Part shown: piece after piece, positions 43,708 through 56,686 of the stretch | Layout: each line of letters opens with the position of its first letter | Position numbering within the stretch: the stretch's first letter is position 1 | Assembly (NCBI RefSeq): GCF_000150275.1 | Contig: NW_002060968.1 | Location: 105,797-169,796 of the forward strand | From: Trichoplax adhaerens | Lineage: Eukaryota; Animalia; Placozoa | DNA: 64,000 nucleotides | Direction: 5' to 3' | The notes under the pieces: model-generated | Told to the model about the DNA's origin: nothing | Database searches by the model: none | What the model saw: only the letters and a program-made list of their open reading frames with translations | Program-made: the position numbers and the translations under genes

Positions 43708-45151
43708 TTAGTCCATGACCAATCTTATATCACTTTCAGGTGGTGTAAAACCCATCACACGATCTACCAATCGAACTTTTCCATCAGCATCGAAGGCTAC
43801 CAATTTGATAGTTTTGTCACTGCTACTTTCGTTGCTATTACTTTCCTTACTAGCGGCTATCAATTGGACTATAGTCGATCGTGCGTCTTTATTTTTACAA
43901 GTATTGTAAGATCGGTAAAATAACCAGACAATCTTATCTGACTCTTTCTTATTCCATTCTTTAAATATTTTCGTGATTTCCGATATATCTCTGTCTATTT
44001 TCTATAGCATGTAAGAATTATTTTAAATCAGAAAATAACAGTAGGTAATGATGGAAATACTTTACTGCGGTACTTATTCGTAGATTATTATTATCATGGC
44101 TAAATAATACTAAAGTCAAACAACTATGAAATACTTTAAATGCATTTCATTTTTTTATGATACTATTCTATTAAACTTTACCGAACCCTGTTACATTCAA
44201 TCTGTGATAGAAAAATTTATTAAGATTAGCTGATGTCTTATTATAAATGAAAAAACCACGAAAGGATCTGATTCTAAATATCAAATTAATCATATTACTT
44301 TTTCTAAATAACTTCGAAAATTTTATTACGGTATACAATCGTAAGGTTATACAGAAAACTAAAATTCAGTCATTTTTTAGACATACACCTCGTACTGTGT
44401 TTTAAGTTGATTCATAAAATACAGTAAATATAGCTAGCAATCAACATTGTAAGCATAAGTGAACTGCTTAAGTATGTATATTGCACCATTGTGCAGGATT
44501 GCCTAACAGAGGTATTTCCATCACAGACTTACCACAAAGATCGGATCATAACTACTCGTATTTTCTTTGATTTTAATCAAGCATAGCAGATATTCAGGAT
44601 CAGATTCAAGGATGATACGTGAATTAGCAATATTGACTTGTTGAAATACGAATTCAGCTATAGTAAATTGATTATCAATGAAAATATATTTTTAAATTGG
44701 TTTTAAAGTTTACAATAAAAATAATTTGACCAATTAAATGGAATAATTGATCGATCTAAGAAGAGACATTTACCATGGTCGGGATTTTCATCAACCTCAT
44801 CTAATCCGTCAGCAAAAGAAGCAGAACAGGCAGTAAGAGGATTGAGATCATACAATTCATCACTTCGTTCGAAGTAATGTCCATCTACTTCAAAGTATGC
44901 TTCTTTCGGGACAGTGACCAATTCTAGAGTAGAATATCAAATTGAGTTTGTTAGTGTCAAATTAGATGTTCTATTTCTGTTCCACGATTGTTTTTAATAG
45001 TAGCCAATTAATTCTACGTAAATAAATGCTGACAACTTTAAACCATTAACAAATCAATTATTTACTCGTGTCGCCATAAATCACATATTAATACTTTTTG
45101 TGGACTGAAAAATTAGCAAATAACCAAATCACCTGTAGAAGTAGCTTCCAT
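43708..45151 (-). CDS. FGF/IL-1-like family copy 6, 195 aa: exons 45151-45133, 44923-44774, 44657-44533, 44001-43708
   Basis: MEATST|ELVTVPKEAYFEVDGHYFERSDELYDLNPLTACSASFADGLDEVDENPDH|AEFVFQQVNIANSRIILESDPEYLLCLIKIKENTSSYDPIFV|KIDRDISEITKIFKEWNKKESDKIVWLFYRSYN...KLVAFDADGKVRLVDRVMGFTPPESDIRLVMD*. Exons 19/150/125/294 nt, phases 1,1,0. Confidence 0.88.
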
Positions 45152-45298
45152 CTTGTTCAAGTATGCGAAGATTGTAAATTGATATCAAATGAAATAGAAC
45201 TCATCAATCGAAAAGGACAAACCAGTTGAGAAAATTTTCTATGTGATCCGCTATTTATATTCTTTACGAATTTGGTAAAGTTAGGGAGCTAAGTTCAG

Positions 45299-45307
45299 CT
45301 ATTTATA
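45299..45307 (-). promoter_or_regulatory. Candidate TATA box of copy 6 (conserved at 51522-51530 for copy 7)
   Basis: GTATAAATAGC on the - strand about 150 nt upstream of the ATG in both copies 6 and 7. Confidence 0.55.
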
Positions 45308-47027
45308 CTGTCGCAATCGAGTAAATTATGTACTGTACATGACTCAATAAGGCAATATAAATAGGATAGTCGACAATCATCAAATAGCTTCTGTAAACTG
45401 CATTGTATTTTCAGAGACTAATTAATCCATTACCTAAATGTCTGTTATTAAATATTCACTTGATAAAACCTCGTGATAAGCTCACGATCTCCACTTTTAA
45501 TAATACTCAGAAATTAATTAATTAGGTACATGATTCTTCCATTGAAACTCTTATTTGCTGTTGAATTTGATTGATGACTTAAAATAATATTATTGTTCTT
45601 TCAAATTAAAGGGCCTTGCTTGAAAATTAAACGATATGATAATAAATCACGGTGAAACCAATAAATATTGATCCATTTCTACAACCTTATAGGTTTCCAG
45701 GTAACAATTATTCAATTATTTTTATTGTTAATTACATTCATTCAAGCTTATTCATAACGCTCCTTAATTGAATACCTCTTACTCTATCATTACCTGACAA
45801 CAGATCAGCTAGAACATATATGGATTAGTTTTAATTAAACTTCTATAAATTTATCATAAAAAGTATGACAAACTAAGCAAAATCAACTAACTTCTATCAA
45901 GATCGCACCAGTACCTGCAGATAGAGCTACGAAGGATAAATTTATAAATGCTGCATGACATAGGTTGAAAACTAATTAAGTTCTTTAAATGTTTGCAAAA
46001 TTAGGTCAATTACTAGAATCGGCTGCAGAAAAGCTAGAATAAGCATAACCTGTTTGTAAAATAAACGAAAGAATAGCAACGAAAACCATGTCCGCAAGTT
46101 ATTAAAGTAATCAAATATGACTGAAGGTTAAGAAGATAAAATCGCTATTAAAGTAGCTTAGTTACACCAAACGATAATTATATTGAGGTCATTGAAAGTT
46201 TCTTAATTTAAATTAAAATAAATATGAAGAAATTATTATTAAACAACATCAATTCGGCCACGCTTTATTGTATTCATGAATGCTTTTGGAGAAGGAATAG
46301 TTAGAGAAATCTTTATTAAAGTAACCAAGTGATAATCAATTCTATGCATCTATTTTATCGTTATCCTGTCCTGTAGACTAGAGCTATGCTTATACAATAA
46401 ATTACTATGCGCACATAAGTAATTACTGTATATCACACTATCATTGGTGATAGTTTTTAACATTTAATTAAGCTGAACTAATCGGGAAGTATTAACCGTT
46501 AGGTATTGAGCAATAATAGAAACTGAAAGCTACACCTGCACTTTTTCATAAAATAATCAAGTAGTTTCAGCTATCATGAACAAAGACAATCTTTAGAGTA
46601 ACTATCATTAAAGTAATAAATTTGGGCGTATTTCATTGTTAACAAAACTTCTAATTTAAAGGTAATTTAAAAGAATCAATAAGTAATTGAATCAAATGCA
46701 ATGGAAGCTACATATTCGCTATAACTGATAATGCCTATAAATTATGTTAGTTAACATGTACATTAGGTGTTGTAATAACATCATTTACCACTATTCTGTC
46801 CATTCTAAATCATATTCTCACAAAGTAATCATCTTAGGCAGATCAAATTTGAAAATAGTTTTATTACAGAGTTAAAAATGAGTAGAGCAATCATTAATTA
46901 GTACAAGAATTTGATGTACACTTAAGAGTATCTTGCGTTAAAAAACTGGCATAAGATTTATGTGACTTACTATACTGTGAAGATACCCAACATCTACTGC
47001 ATTTGTTACGGTAAAAGTGAGCATTAG

Positions 47028-47232
47028 GCGAATGCGCGCCTTCGACGTAAGGTGCGCGCATTCTCCATAATCATGGTAAATGCGCGCTTTAGCTGGAAAT
47101 GTGCACTTTCTCCAACATATTGGTTAATGCGCGCTTTCTGCAGATAAAGCGCGCATTACATGAAATAATGCGCACTTTCACCTATTATTCTGGTAAAAGC
47201 GTGCATTACCCGAAATATTTGCGCACTTTCAC
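47028..47232. repeat. Cluster of AATGCGCGCTTT / AAAGCGCGCATT motifs in both orientations
   Basis: About 9 copies of a (T/A)GCGC(G/A)C core in both orientations within ~200 bp of otherwise AT-rich DNA. Confidence 0.75.
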
Positions 47233-48395
47233 TTATATACTATTCGAAATTAATAGAAGAGTCTTGATATTTTACGCAACTGATTCGTACTGTAAAACAT
47301 ATTGATGAACTGTTTGAGGAAAGTTCTACAGTTTGATGACTCAAGCATGATAGTAGGCAGCGAAATTGCCGTAATTAGATTACTGCAGAAATGAGCTTTG
47401 ACTACAATAACCTTCAAATAGGCAATATCGAATCTAGGTACAGCATAGCACAGACAAGCCTAACTATAGTTTGCAATACAAAATAATATATTACGCGGAC
47501 TGCATAATGCGAAAGAGGACTAATAATTATATATAAGCTGACTCATAATGGGTAAGTCAAAAGTCGCCTTACTCAAAATTAGGAACAGAAAGTGTAAGGT
47601 AATTGTCCCCAAAAATCTAGCAGATTGATCACAATTGATGGCAACAGGTTTCTTAAATCAAAAGCAAAATCTTGAGATAAACAGCCACAGAAGCTGGGCC
47701 AACAATTTATTGATAATACAACTAAATCACACTGAAAGCTAGAGCAGTTATAGTCACCTAATCAGTAAATGATAGAATTGCTACGTTATTCGTAAGCAGT
47801 CTTAGTCTTAATGTTAAGTTTTATGGATAGTCAAATAGTTAATAACAAAGCCCTACTTCATCGTCAATAAGATCTGCACTTCGAACATAGAAAATATGCA
47901 AGAAAAATTATCTCTAAGGAAGTATAATAACACTAAATAAAACGCACAATGGTGCATTTCAGCATTAATTTTGCTCTTGGAATTGACAGATGAATGATAA
48001 ATAATTATCAGTGTAAAAATGACCAATAGTTCATTTAAGTCCTATAAACTCTCGCTACATAAACTATAATTATCAAGCAAATTTAACATCAATACGATTG
48101 ATCTCGTTAAGTGGAAATCAAAGAATGTTACATTCATGTACATAACACTAAAGTAGATTTCAAAGCTGGTCCATTACTAATCAGAACGATCGAAATCTTG
48201 CGTATCAATAATTATTTTTTGAATAATTTATTCAAAATTATACGACCAGCGTATTACTAATTTAGGGTATTTTATGAAGTAAAGATAATTAAGATGCTCT
48301 AATTAGATCCAGAATTGTATATATCTACAACCAAAGTGCGATCTTTAACAGTTTTAATAACTGTTTGTCACGATATCATAATCAAGACGTAAATA

Positions 48396-48555
48396 TAGGA
48401 TGTTTTGTGTCAAGATATTGTGATAATCGATATTTAATATTAAAGTTTAGCGATAATGGATGCCGTGGGTTAAGATATTGTGATAATTTATTGATACTTA
48501 ACTTTAAATTTTAGTGATAATGGATATTTTGTGTTAAGAAATTGTGATAATTGAT
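48396..48555. repeat. Short tandem repeat, ~60-70 bp x3
   Basis: AAGA(T/A)ATTGTGATAAT recurs at ~48412, ~48472 and ~48536. Confidence 0.7.
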
Positions 48556-50320
48556 GTTGTAGATATGTTCTTGTAGTTTATTTGTAAATTTTAGAAAGCA
48601 TATAAATATATAGTAGATAGGCAAAAGAGAGAGAAGAATAAATTAATTCTTTCTACTTATCTTCTATACTGGGTTCTTGTAGACTTTGCTTCGGAATACG
48701 AATAGGGAATAACTACTAAGTATAGTGAAGTTAATTGAGTAGAAGCGCCTAACGTACAATTATTGATAGTGTATATAGTAGTTATATTATGTTAGCAGTA
48801 GAGCCGGGAAAGTTTACATAGAGAAAGAATTTTTAAGTTTCAATTGTGTTTGTAACAACTTTAAATACTGTGAGCTAGGTAGAGAGTTTATTTATACCTT
48901 TTGACTATAGCAGAGTAGTATGGAGTTGTTAGCTAATAGGCGTTTCATCACTGTAACCGTTTCCATCATGTGAAAGCAATCTTTATGGGTGCTTCAAAAA
49001 AGACTTGAAATTTAATTTTAAGCGCCAGAATCAAAGACCTTGCAAGAAATGATAAATACTTAGTGTTTTATTTGCTCACGCAAATTATCTGTAGATGAAC
49101 TGGCAATAAAGAATTGACAAATAAGAACCATTGAAACAGTTGCATTTATTGCATTTTTAGATTGCGTAGACAAGCTTACTTTACAAAATGGCTAATAACT
49201 TTTTAGAAAAAATACGAAGTAATTTTACATAATGTCGTGTTTGGAAATATCCACACACTTTGTTTAACCGTGCAATAATATAGAAGGAAGAATAAATTCC
49301 TAATTTAATATTCTGTCTCTACTGGATTCGTCTTAGGATATCACACTAATCTTCCTGGTTACGAATAGACGATTTTTGAAAAGTTAAGAATGTAATCACT
49401 GGTACAATCAGGCATTCGCGGACTTTAGATGATAATCAATAATTCAAAGCTGAGTATTATCTAAAATAAGCCGAACAGTATTAGCTTATAATTTGACCGA
49501 TCCATCTTATTAATTCTTAACCATAATTATCTAGTTCTGTCTTATAAGGTAGAATGATTGTCCATACACAGCACGACTTCGAACTATTCCATTTCAAAAC
49601 TAATTGCTATGGCTTTCTTCTAGTTATTAAATGACTACTAGCAGCAGCTGTCAGTAGAAACAGTTGCTAAATTAGCAATCAAGAATAAATTTTATTCGTT
49701 TTTTAAAAGATTATTGGTCATATTTGTAATAATTGCAACAAACATTCTATTAAATGTCTCCAAAGTTTACAAACCGCATATACGCGTATATCACGTAAAT
49801 AAAAACAATTTTGACTTTAAATGATTGCAAGTAACAGTTTCCGTAGTCACTGTATATAAAATTACTTTTATTTTATGAGCTATATATTCTAAAGAACATA
49901 AATACATATTAGGTTAAATTAAGCTTGATAATAAATTGAATTTTGTCTCTCAAGAATATATATAGATAATAATTTGAAATTATGCTTGTAAAATTCAAAT
50001 TGTGATTTAGATAATATTATGGACATTACTGATACCACATTACTGTCGCTTTCCAAGACATAATTATCTTTATGCTTCATTAAGAATTAACATCATACTT
50101 TAACTTAATATCTAAGAAATAAACCATCGTTCGAGGTATTCTATCACGCAGATATCCACTTTCGCTATTAACAACGGTGCTTGAAGAGCAATTTGATTAC
50201 TACGTTATTGAAATACTAAATCTTAATTATTATAGTTTACGTTTGTTAGCTATAGCAAGTAGCTGAGAAGAAATAAATAAATTTTCTCTTGATTGTTCTT
50301 CAATGGAATATCGACTATGA

Positions 50321-51373
50321 TTATCGTACGACTAATCTTAGGTCACTTTCAGCCGGCATAAAATCTATAATACGATTTACCAATCGAACTTTCCCATCAG
50401 TATCAAAGGACACTAATTTAGTTCTATTTTGTCCAATAGTTAAGTGGACTATCGTCGATCGTGAATCCAGATCATAGTATTGTAGATTGAATAACCAGAT
50501 AATAGTCTCCGGATCTTTCTTATTCCATTTTTTAAATATTTTTGTAATATTCTCAATATCTCTATCTATTTCCTATAACATTCACGAATCAATGCAAATC
50601 AGAAAATGGCAATAGATAGTAGCAGAAGTACTTTGCTGCTTGTACTGTATTTTAACTTCATCAATAAAATGCTGTAAACACAAGTATAGCTAGAAATGAA
50701 TATTGTAGGCAAGTAGAACTTCCTACGTATACTTATTATTCAGTATTTTCATCACAAACTTACCACAAAGATTGCATCATATTTACTCTCTTCAATTTTT
50801 TTTAGGCATAGCAGAAGTTTAGGTTCAGATTGTAGAATGATGCGTGAGTAAGTATTATCCACTAATTTAAATTCGAATTCAGCTATAATTAATTGATAAT
50901 AAATGAAAGCACATATTTTAAATTGATTGTACAGTTTATAATGATAAAATTTGAGGAATTAAATTGAATAATCGATCGATGTAAGAATCGATATTTTACC
51001 AGGAGAGGAAAGACTATTAACTTCCTCCAGTCCGTTAACACGAGTAGAATAATATCCTTTTAAGCACCCCAGATTATATGGTTTATTGCTCCTTATTAAG
51101 TAACTGGAATTATGTCCTGTTTCAATTAGCATTTTTTTACAAGAGCCTATTGAATCTAGAATAGGATACCAAACAGAGTTTATTAGTATCGGATTAGCGC
51201 TGTCCTATTTTCATTTCAATACGGAGACATTTAAATCTACACAAATACCGGTAATGTTGAGCATTACCAAACAAGAATGCACTTTTACAGCTATATATTA
51301 TATAACAGGTTGATACATTTTTGTAAATTAGAAATTAGCCATTAAACAGTTTACCAGCAGAGATAAGCTTCAT
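50321..51373 (-). CDS. FGF/IL-1-like family copy 7 (paralogue of copy 6), 181 aa: exons 51373-51355, 51155-51000, 50882-50764, 50572-50321
   Basis: MKLISA|DSIGSCKKMLIETGHNSSYLIRSNKPYNLGCLKGYYSTRVNGLEEVNSLSSP|AEFEFKLVDNTYSRIILQSEPKLLLCLKKIEESKYDAIFV|EIDRDIENITKIFKKWNKKDPETIIWLFNLQYYDLDSRSTIVHLTIGQNRTKLVSFDTDGKVRLVNRIIDFMPAESDLRLVVR*. Exons 19/156/119/252 nt. Confidence 0.88.
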
Positions 51374-54300
51374 CTTGTTCAAGTATAAGTAGAGAATAAA
51401 TTGAAATCAAATGAAATAACGCTCGGCAATCGAAATGGACAAGATAGGCCAGAAAATTGTATGTATGATCCACTATTTGTATCCTCGATTAAATTTGATG
51501 AAGTTAGACTGCTAAGATTCGCTATTTATACAGTCGGAGATTTCCCAATTCACGCATTTTACTTACTGTCAATCTAGTGCATGACCTAATAAGGTAAAAT
51601 TAGTATCAATAAGCTTACTTATTGTTATATTTTTAGAAACTTGTTCTTCAACCAATTAAATGTTTAATCCTTTCAAAATTCACATGATAAAGATATGGCA
51701 GATACGTATGTGGTTTACTTGATTTAAAGCTACTATATTCCCTTATAATCGCCGCTTACAATGATCTACAATAGAAAAAAACCTCATGATAAGCTTAAGA
51801 TCTTTACTCTTAATAATTCTCAGAAATCAATAAAGCAGGCACATGACACTTCCATTTAAACTATTTTTAATTTTCAAACTGATTGGTAGCTTCAAATTAT
51901 TGTTCCATTAAACTAAAAAGGTTAACTCGACAGTTAAATAATAAGGTAAATTCACGGTGATCATCAATAAATATTGCTTCATTTCCACGATCTTATAGGT
52001 TAACATAGAATAAACATTAAATCTCTTTATCGTTTTATTGTATCAGCATAAGCTCTTTTGTGACTCCTTTTAATTAAAGAATTCTTACTCAATCTTTATC
52101 TTGCAGTTGATAAATTCGAGCATACACGCATGGAATCGTGATATTTAATTTCTACGCATTTATCAAAGATAACGTAAATTTTCTTAAATGAGATAAAAGA
52201 AAGCGAGAATAAGCATGACCTGCATATGAAATAGGATTAATAATAGCTAACAAAGTCACATTTCATTAACGTAAATCAACTGTGACAGAAAGCAATTAAG
52301 ATAAAATCGGTATTAAAGTAGCCTAATAAGAGCAAATGATGCTTATACTAATGTAGTAAAGAAAGTTCCTAATTTAATTTAAATAAATTTAATGATATTA
52401 TTATAAAATAATATGTAATAAATGAGTCTCACAATAACTAGCTCAGTCAAATTGCATTTCGAATAGGCTTTTACTACAAGGTATTAGAAATAGTAGAGCA
52501 ATAATTAATTACTACAAGAATCTAGTCTAAAATCTAAAGTATTCCGAGCTCAAAGCAAAGTGACGTCTCTTTCCTCTGTGAGCTCATCTCTGCAGTTCTA
52601 ATAAACATTTCGTTAAATCAGTTTATGACAACTTGATTTATCTACAATCAGATATGAGTTATCAAACAAAATATTTTTTTCTAATAGTACATCATTACTT
52701 TCTACAATCTAAATCATTCTGCTTAAGATGTCACTACTCTTCTATTAACGTCTAGGCTCTTTCTTCGAAGGACATCTTAACAACTACAGTGTTTCTAGCT
52801 ACATAAATCTTGTACCATAATTAGTCAACTGGTTAATATTAGGTCATCAACAATTTCTAATATAGTAATTAGCAGTCATCTAATATTAGCTTCACGGTAA
52901 TATCTATTCAAGGCGACCTAACTATATCAAATATAACTATCAGTATAATCAACTACGGATGCATCACTACAATAACCAGACACACTTTATTGTAATTACG
53001 TCTACAGTCATTACGTAAAAATGCCCTACTTGATAGACAGTGTGAGCTATTAGCTCTTACTCTCCCTTTAAGGTATTGAAAATGACGGCTTATATACGTA
53101 TGCTATTCACACTTGCTATGCAATATAATTATAAATTGTAGGACATTAGATTAATGAATATAAATATTACAATCTCCAATTAAAATTTAGATTGAGGAAG
53201 TGTAAAATGACACATTTTTTAGAATCCTGTAAATAATTAAAATCAGTCGCTATTATTATGTAACCAGCCACAACAGCAACTTTGCAATATACAAAATTTA
53301 GGCAATATCTAATTAATGTAAACATACAATAAAAATTTATCTAACACTAAAATAATGTATAGTAATGCATCATATTAATGCATCGCAAGTTAACAAATAT
53401 ATCGCTACATATGATTGAAAACTGTAAGAGTGTTTTATTATCTTGAGCAATTTGATTCGAAAGATAGCTATAAGGATTACTAGCTTATCGCATAACAAAG
53501 CGGTACTTTATCGAAAACGTGATTAATATACCGATGATAGAAAGTACGCAAAAGGAATCTTTATAAACAAAAAGGAAGCATAACCGTATTAAATTAAATC
53601 CGCAAATGTGCTTTTTATTGTTTCCTAACTTCCATTGGAATCAATAAGAGATTGCAATAATCCTACAATCAAAAATTAAAAGTAGATTTCATGCTGATCC
53701 ATTGGCGATAAATATAAGTTGAAATCTTATAATAATAATTCACTCAAAAATTACCAGATCAGTCTGCTATGAATTAAGGGTATCTTATTCAAAGTAAGAC
53801 AAGTTCGGTGTTGAAAATAAGATCTAATTTTAGATTTGTCTGCTATTTAAATTATATAATCATAATCACTGATAATTTTAATGCAATTCTTTATTTAAGT
53901 CCTCTAGAATGTAAATCTATTCGATTTTGACTATAATAAAGTAGTTTGGTGACTGGAGTATGCGTATGCTTGAGATTATTAATTAGGTTATAGATTCCAT
54001 TGATTATTATTTGGTATGTTCCCAATGTTATTGGTGATAAATTATCGGCCTTTATGCTATTTGTGAGAAGTTATAACTTTGATAGGTAGTTATAGAACGG
54101 CATTAATAATCAATAAATTGTTTACTGTTTTAATTATGCAACAGTACAGAAATAGGAGTAAAGTCGTAATATAATATTTTACCTCTATTGAAGTCAACTG
54201 AGGATGTTTCACTTATCTTATGGTTATAAAACAGATGGTTTTGAAAAAATAATAATATCTATGATATTTTTATTATGCTATATGCCGCAGAAGTTAGGCA

Positions 54301-55870
54301 TATTTTGATTAAAAGATTGCTTCAGAAATAGGACTGAATAAGGTTTGACGTTAATCAGTAAAGAGTTTGAATAGTAAAATACTTGCGATAGCTATAATAG
54401 TAGCTGTTTTCTACTTTTTTAGCTGTTCTCTTACTCTATATACTTATTTTATAAATATTCTAAAGGAATAAATACTGTTCATTATTTGCATCATAATTTA
54501 GTATTATTAGATGCGAGTATTGCAGCAGATAAATATCAATTAGTGAATCCGTAATAAATATTAAATTTCTTTCGCCAATTTATCAGACTCTATCACAGAT
54601 GCTAACATTGAATCATTAATATGAAGGCTTATTTTGAAATTAAGTTAAAGAAATAGCCAAGTATCATCTCAAAGCAGGCCATAAAATACTGTTTTTTGTG
54701 AGTTGGAATAAACAGTAGTGCTTTATTTGAACATCGAGCATATATAAGGAAGATATTCATAGACTAGAAATATTAGTTAGAACTTAGAAATAGATCTACT
54801 TATTATATCGCTTTCTTATTTTAAACTAGCTTATTTAAACTTGAAAATTTTATAAACTGTAATGAAGCGGACTTTTATCTCTATTCAGTTTGTCTAGCTT
54901 TATTGTGAGATGTAGAAGTAGGATGGAATAAGATGCAGTCCATTTTATTACACTGCTACTATGGCAATCTTTTATTGTTGGAAAGGCGGTTGAAAGTAAT
55001 AGATCATGTCATACTATACTGTGGTATACTAGAAGATAGTGTTCCGTGCACATGATGAATAATGATGTAATATAACTGCTAACGAAAATTTGTAGCATTC
55101 ATCTGAGATTTTATTAGCTGAGAAGAATTATTTCTTAGGTATAGAGTTATAACAGAAATCGAAATTGTAGTGTTTACTTCTAAATATGGCTTAGTCAATT
55201 CTTTATAAAAGGCTATTTCCACGACACTGTAGCATAAATACCGATACTTTAGTAATTTACTCTGTAGAAATTATTTTATACTCTAGTTATATCGTGTCGT
55301 AAAATTACCAAAATAGAAGTAAGCTATTCTCATTACTCAATCGCATTTATGAATAATTTTCACTTGCTATACTTTCATTATAAAAGGTATCTTGATGCAT
55401 CTCTCTCTTTAATTCGCTCTGTTTGTCATATGGTAAGCTTGCATGCGTTATCTTTTCTACTTTCGGATAGCTCTTAGACTCACTTATGGGCAGTTTGCAA
55501 AATGACCGACTTCGCATACGGTCACGTTCATATATACAATATAGCATTATGTGGCTTTTCTTCTCAAAACAACTGCAATAAAAACTACTTTTCACTTATT
55601 TAAATCTATTGTAATTCCTCCAAGTATAATATATACGTTATAATATCTTCACCAAATATCACACAGACTATACTGGCACTTTATTATTGTAACTAAGACT
55701 GAAAGCTAGAAGAGTTATCAGTAGGACCATAAAGTAAATCGGCATTTATAGTCAACATGATTTTAGTTGGAAAATAGCCAAGAAAAATTATGCAGTACTT
55801 TTGAAACTAAGAATAATTGCTGGTGAAACTTCATAATAACGTATCAATGATGTAATTAAGTAATATTCAA

Positions 55871-56287
55871 CTGTGAGGTTGATAGATCAAGCATCTTCAA
55901 AACTTTCGAAAATTAAGATTTATTGAACAAAACCTCCTTTACGAAGATACAACGTAATCGATTAGCTGAGGACCTCTAACGAGAAAGAACTATCTTACTA
56001 TACTAAACTACTCGCTTATATACTTTTCCGTGTTTACAGTCTTAGCACCTTACTTAATACACACTTCAGTATTAGCATCTCAAATACACGATAGTTTACA
56101 CCTTTCATGTGAAGCTCTAGTGTGAGCACTGTAGCGCTGCTCTTCAGAAGGATTACAGTTACTAAGCTAGCTATATTTAATACTCAAGCTTCGAACGAGA
56201 ATATCTATCACATGTTGAACACAACACCTACGGTAGACATTACTAAATATACCACCAACTTAGAATTCAATATTACACTGTCTTACA
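55871..56287 (+). mobile_element. Interspersed repeat R2, second copy
   Basis: Inverted near-identical copy of 39728-40144. Confidence 0.75.
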
Positions 56288-56410
56288 TGAACGCTCGAGA
56301 AAGTTTCATCGGAACAGTAAAAGATGCAGTTTTTTATCTATAGAAATAATCTGGAGTTAGAAAATAGTTATGTAGAATCATTCCTTATGAATTTAAAATT
56401 ATAGCCAAAC

Positions 56411-56686
56411 TGTGATGGAGGGTTCGAAGAGGCAGATAATGTGGTTTTAGTTGCCATGCAGAGAATTGCACAAGGAGCTTAAGAAGAGAGGATACTAAAT
56501 TGTAGATAGTAGTTAGGTACAATGTGATAATTACGGTAGATCAGCGTGGTAGCTGCCGTGAGTAAAGTGTGAATACTAACTGTGACTAATAATGCAACTT
56601 AAAATTCTAAGGTAGAAAACGGCGGTATTTATAGCTATGGCATCAGAACACATTTAGAGAACATGATTGTAGGATTAGATACAACA
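56411..56686 (+). mobile_element. Interspersed repeat R1, second copy
   Basis: Direct near-identical copy of 30393-30669; begins TGTGATGG and ends ACAACA. Confidence 0.7.

Noticed and set aside
51536-51546. GGGAAATCTCC (- strand) kB-like site next to the copy 7 TATA box
   Set aside because: Imperfect match, not conserved in copy 6, and expected by chance; not enough to claim NF-kB control.
55347-55595. 82-aa ORF as a possible ninth family member
   Set aside because: No LCL, WKF or PPE motifs, non-ATG start, and no matching splice architecture.
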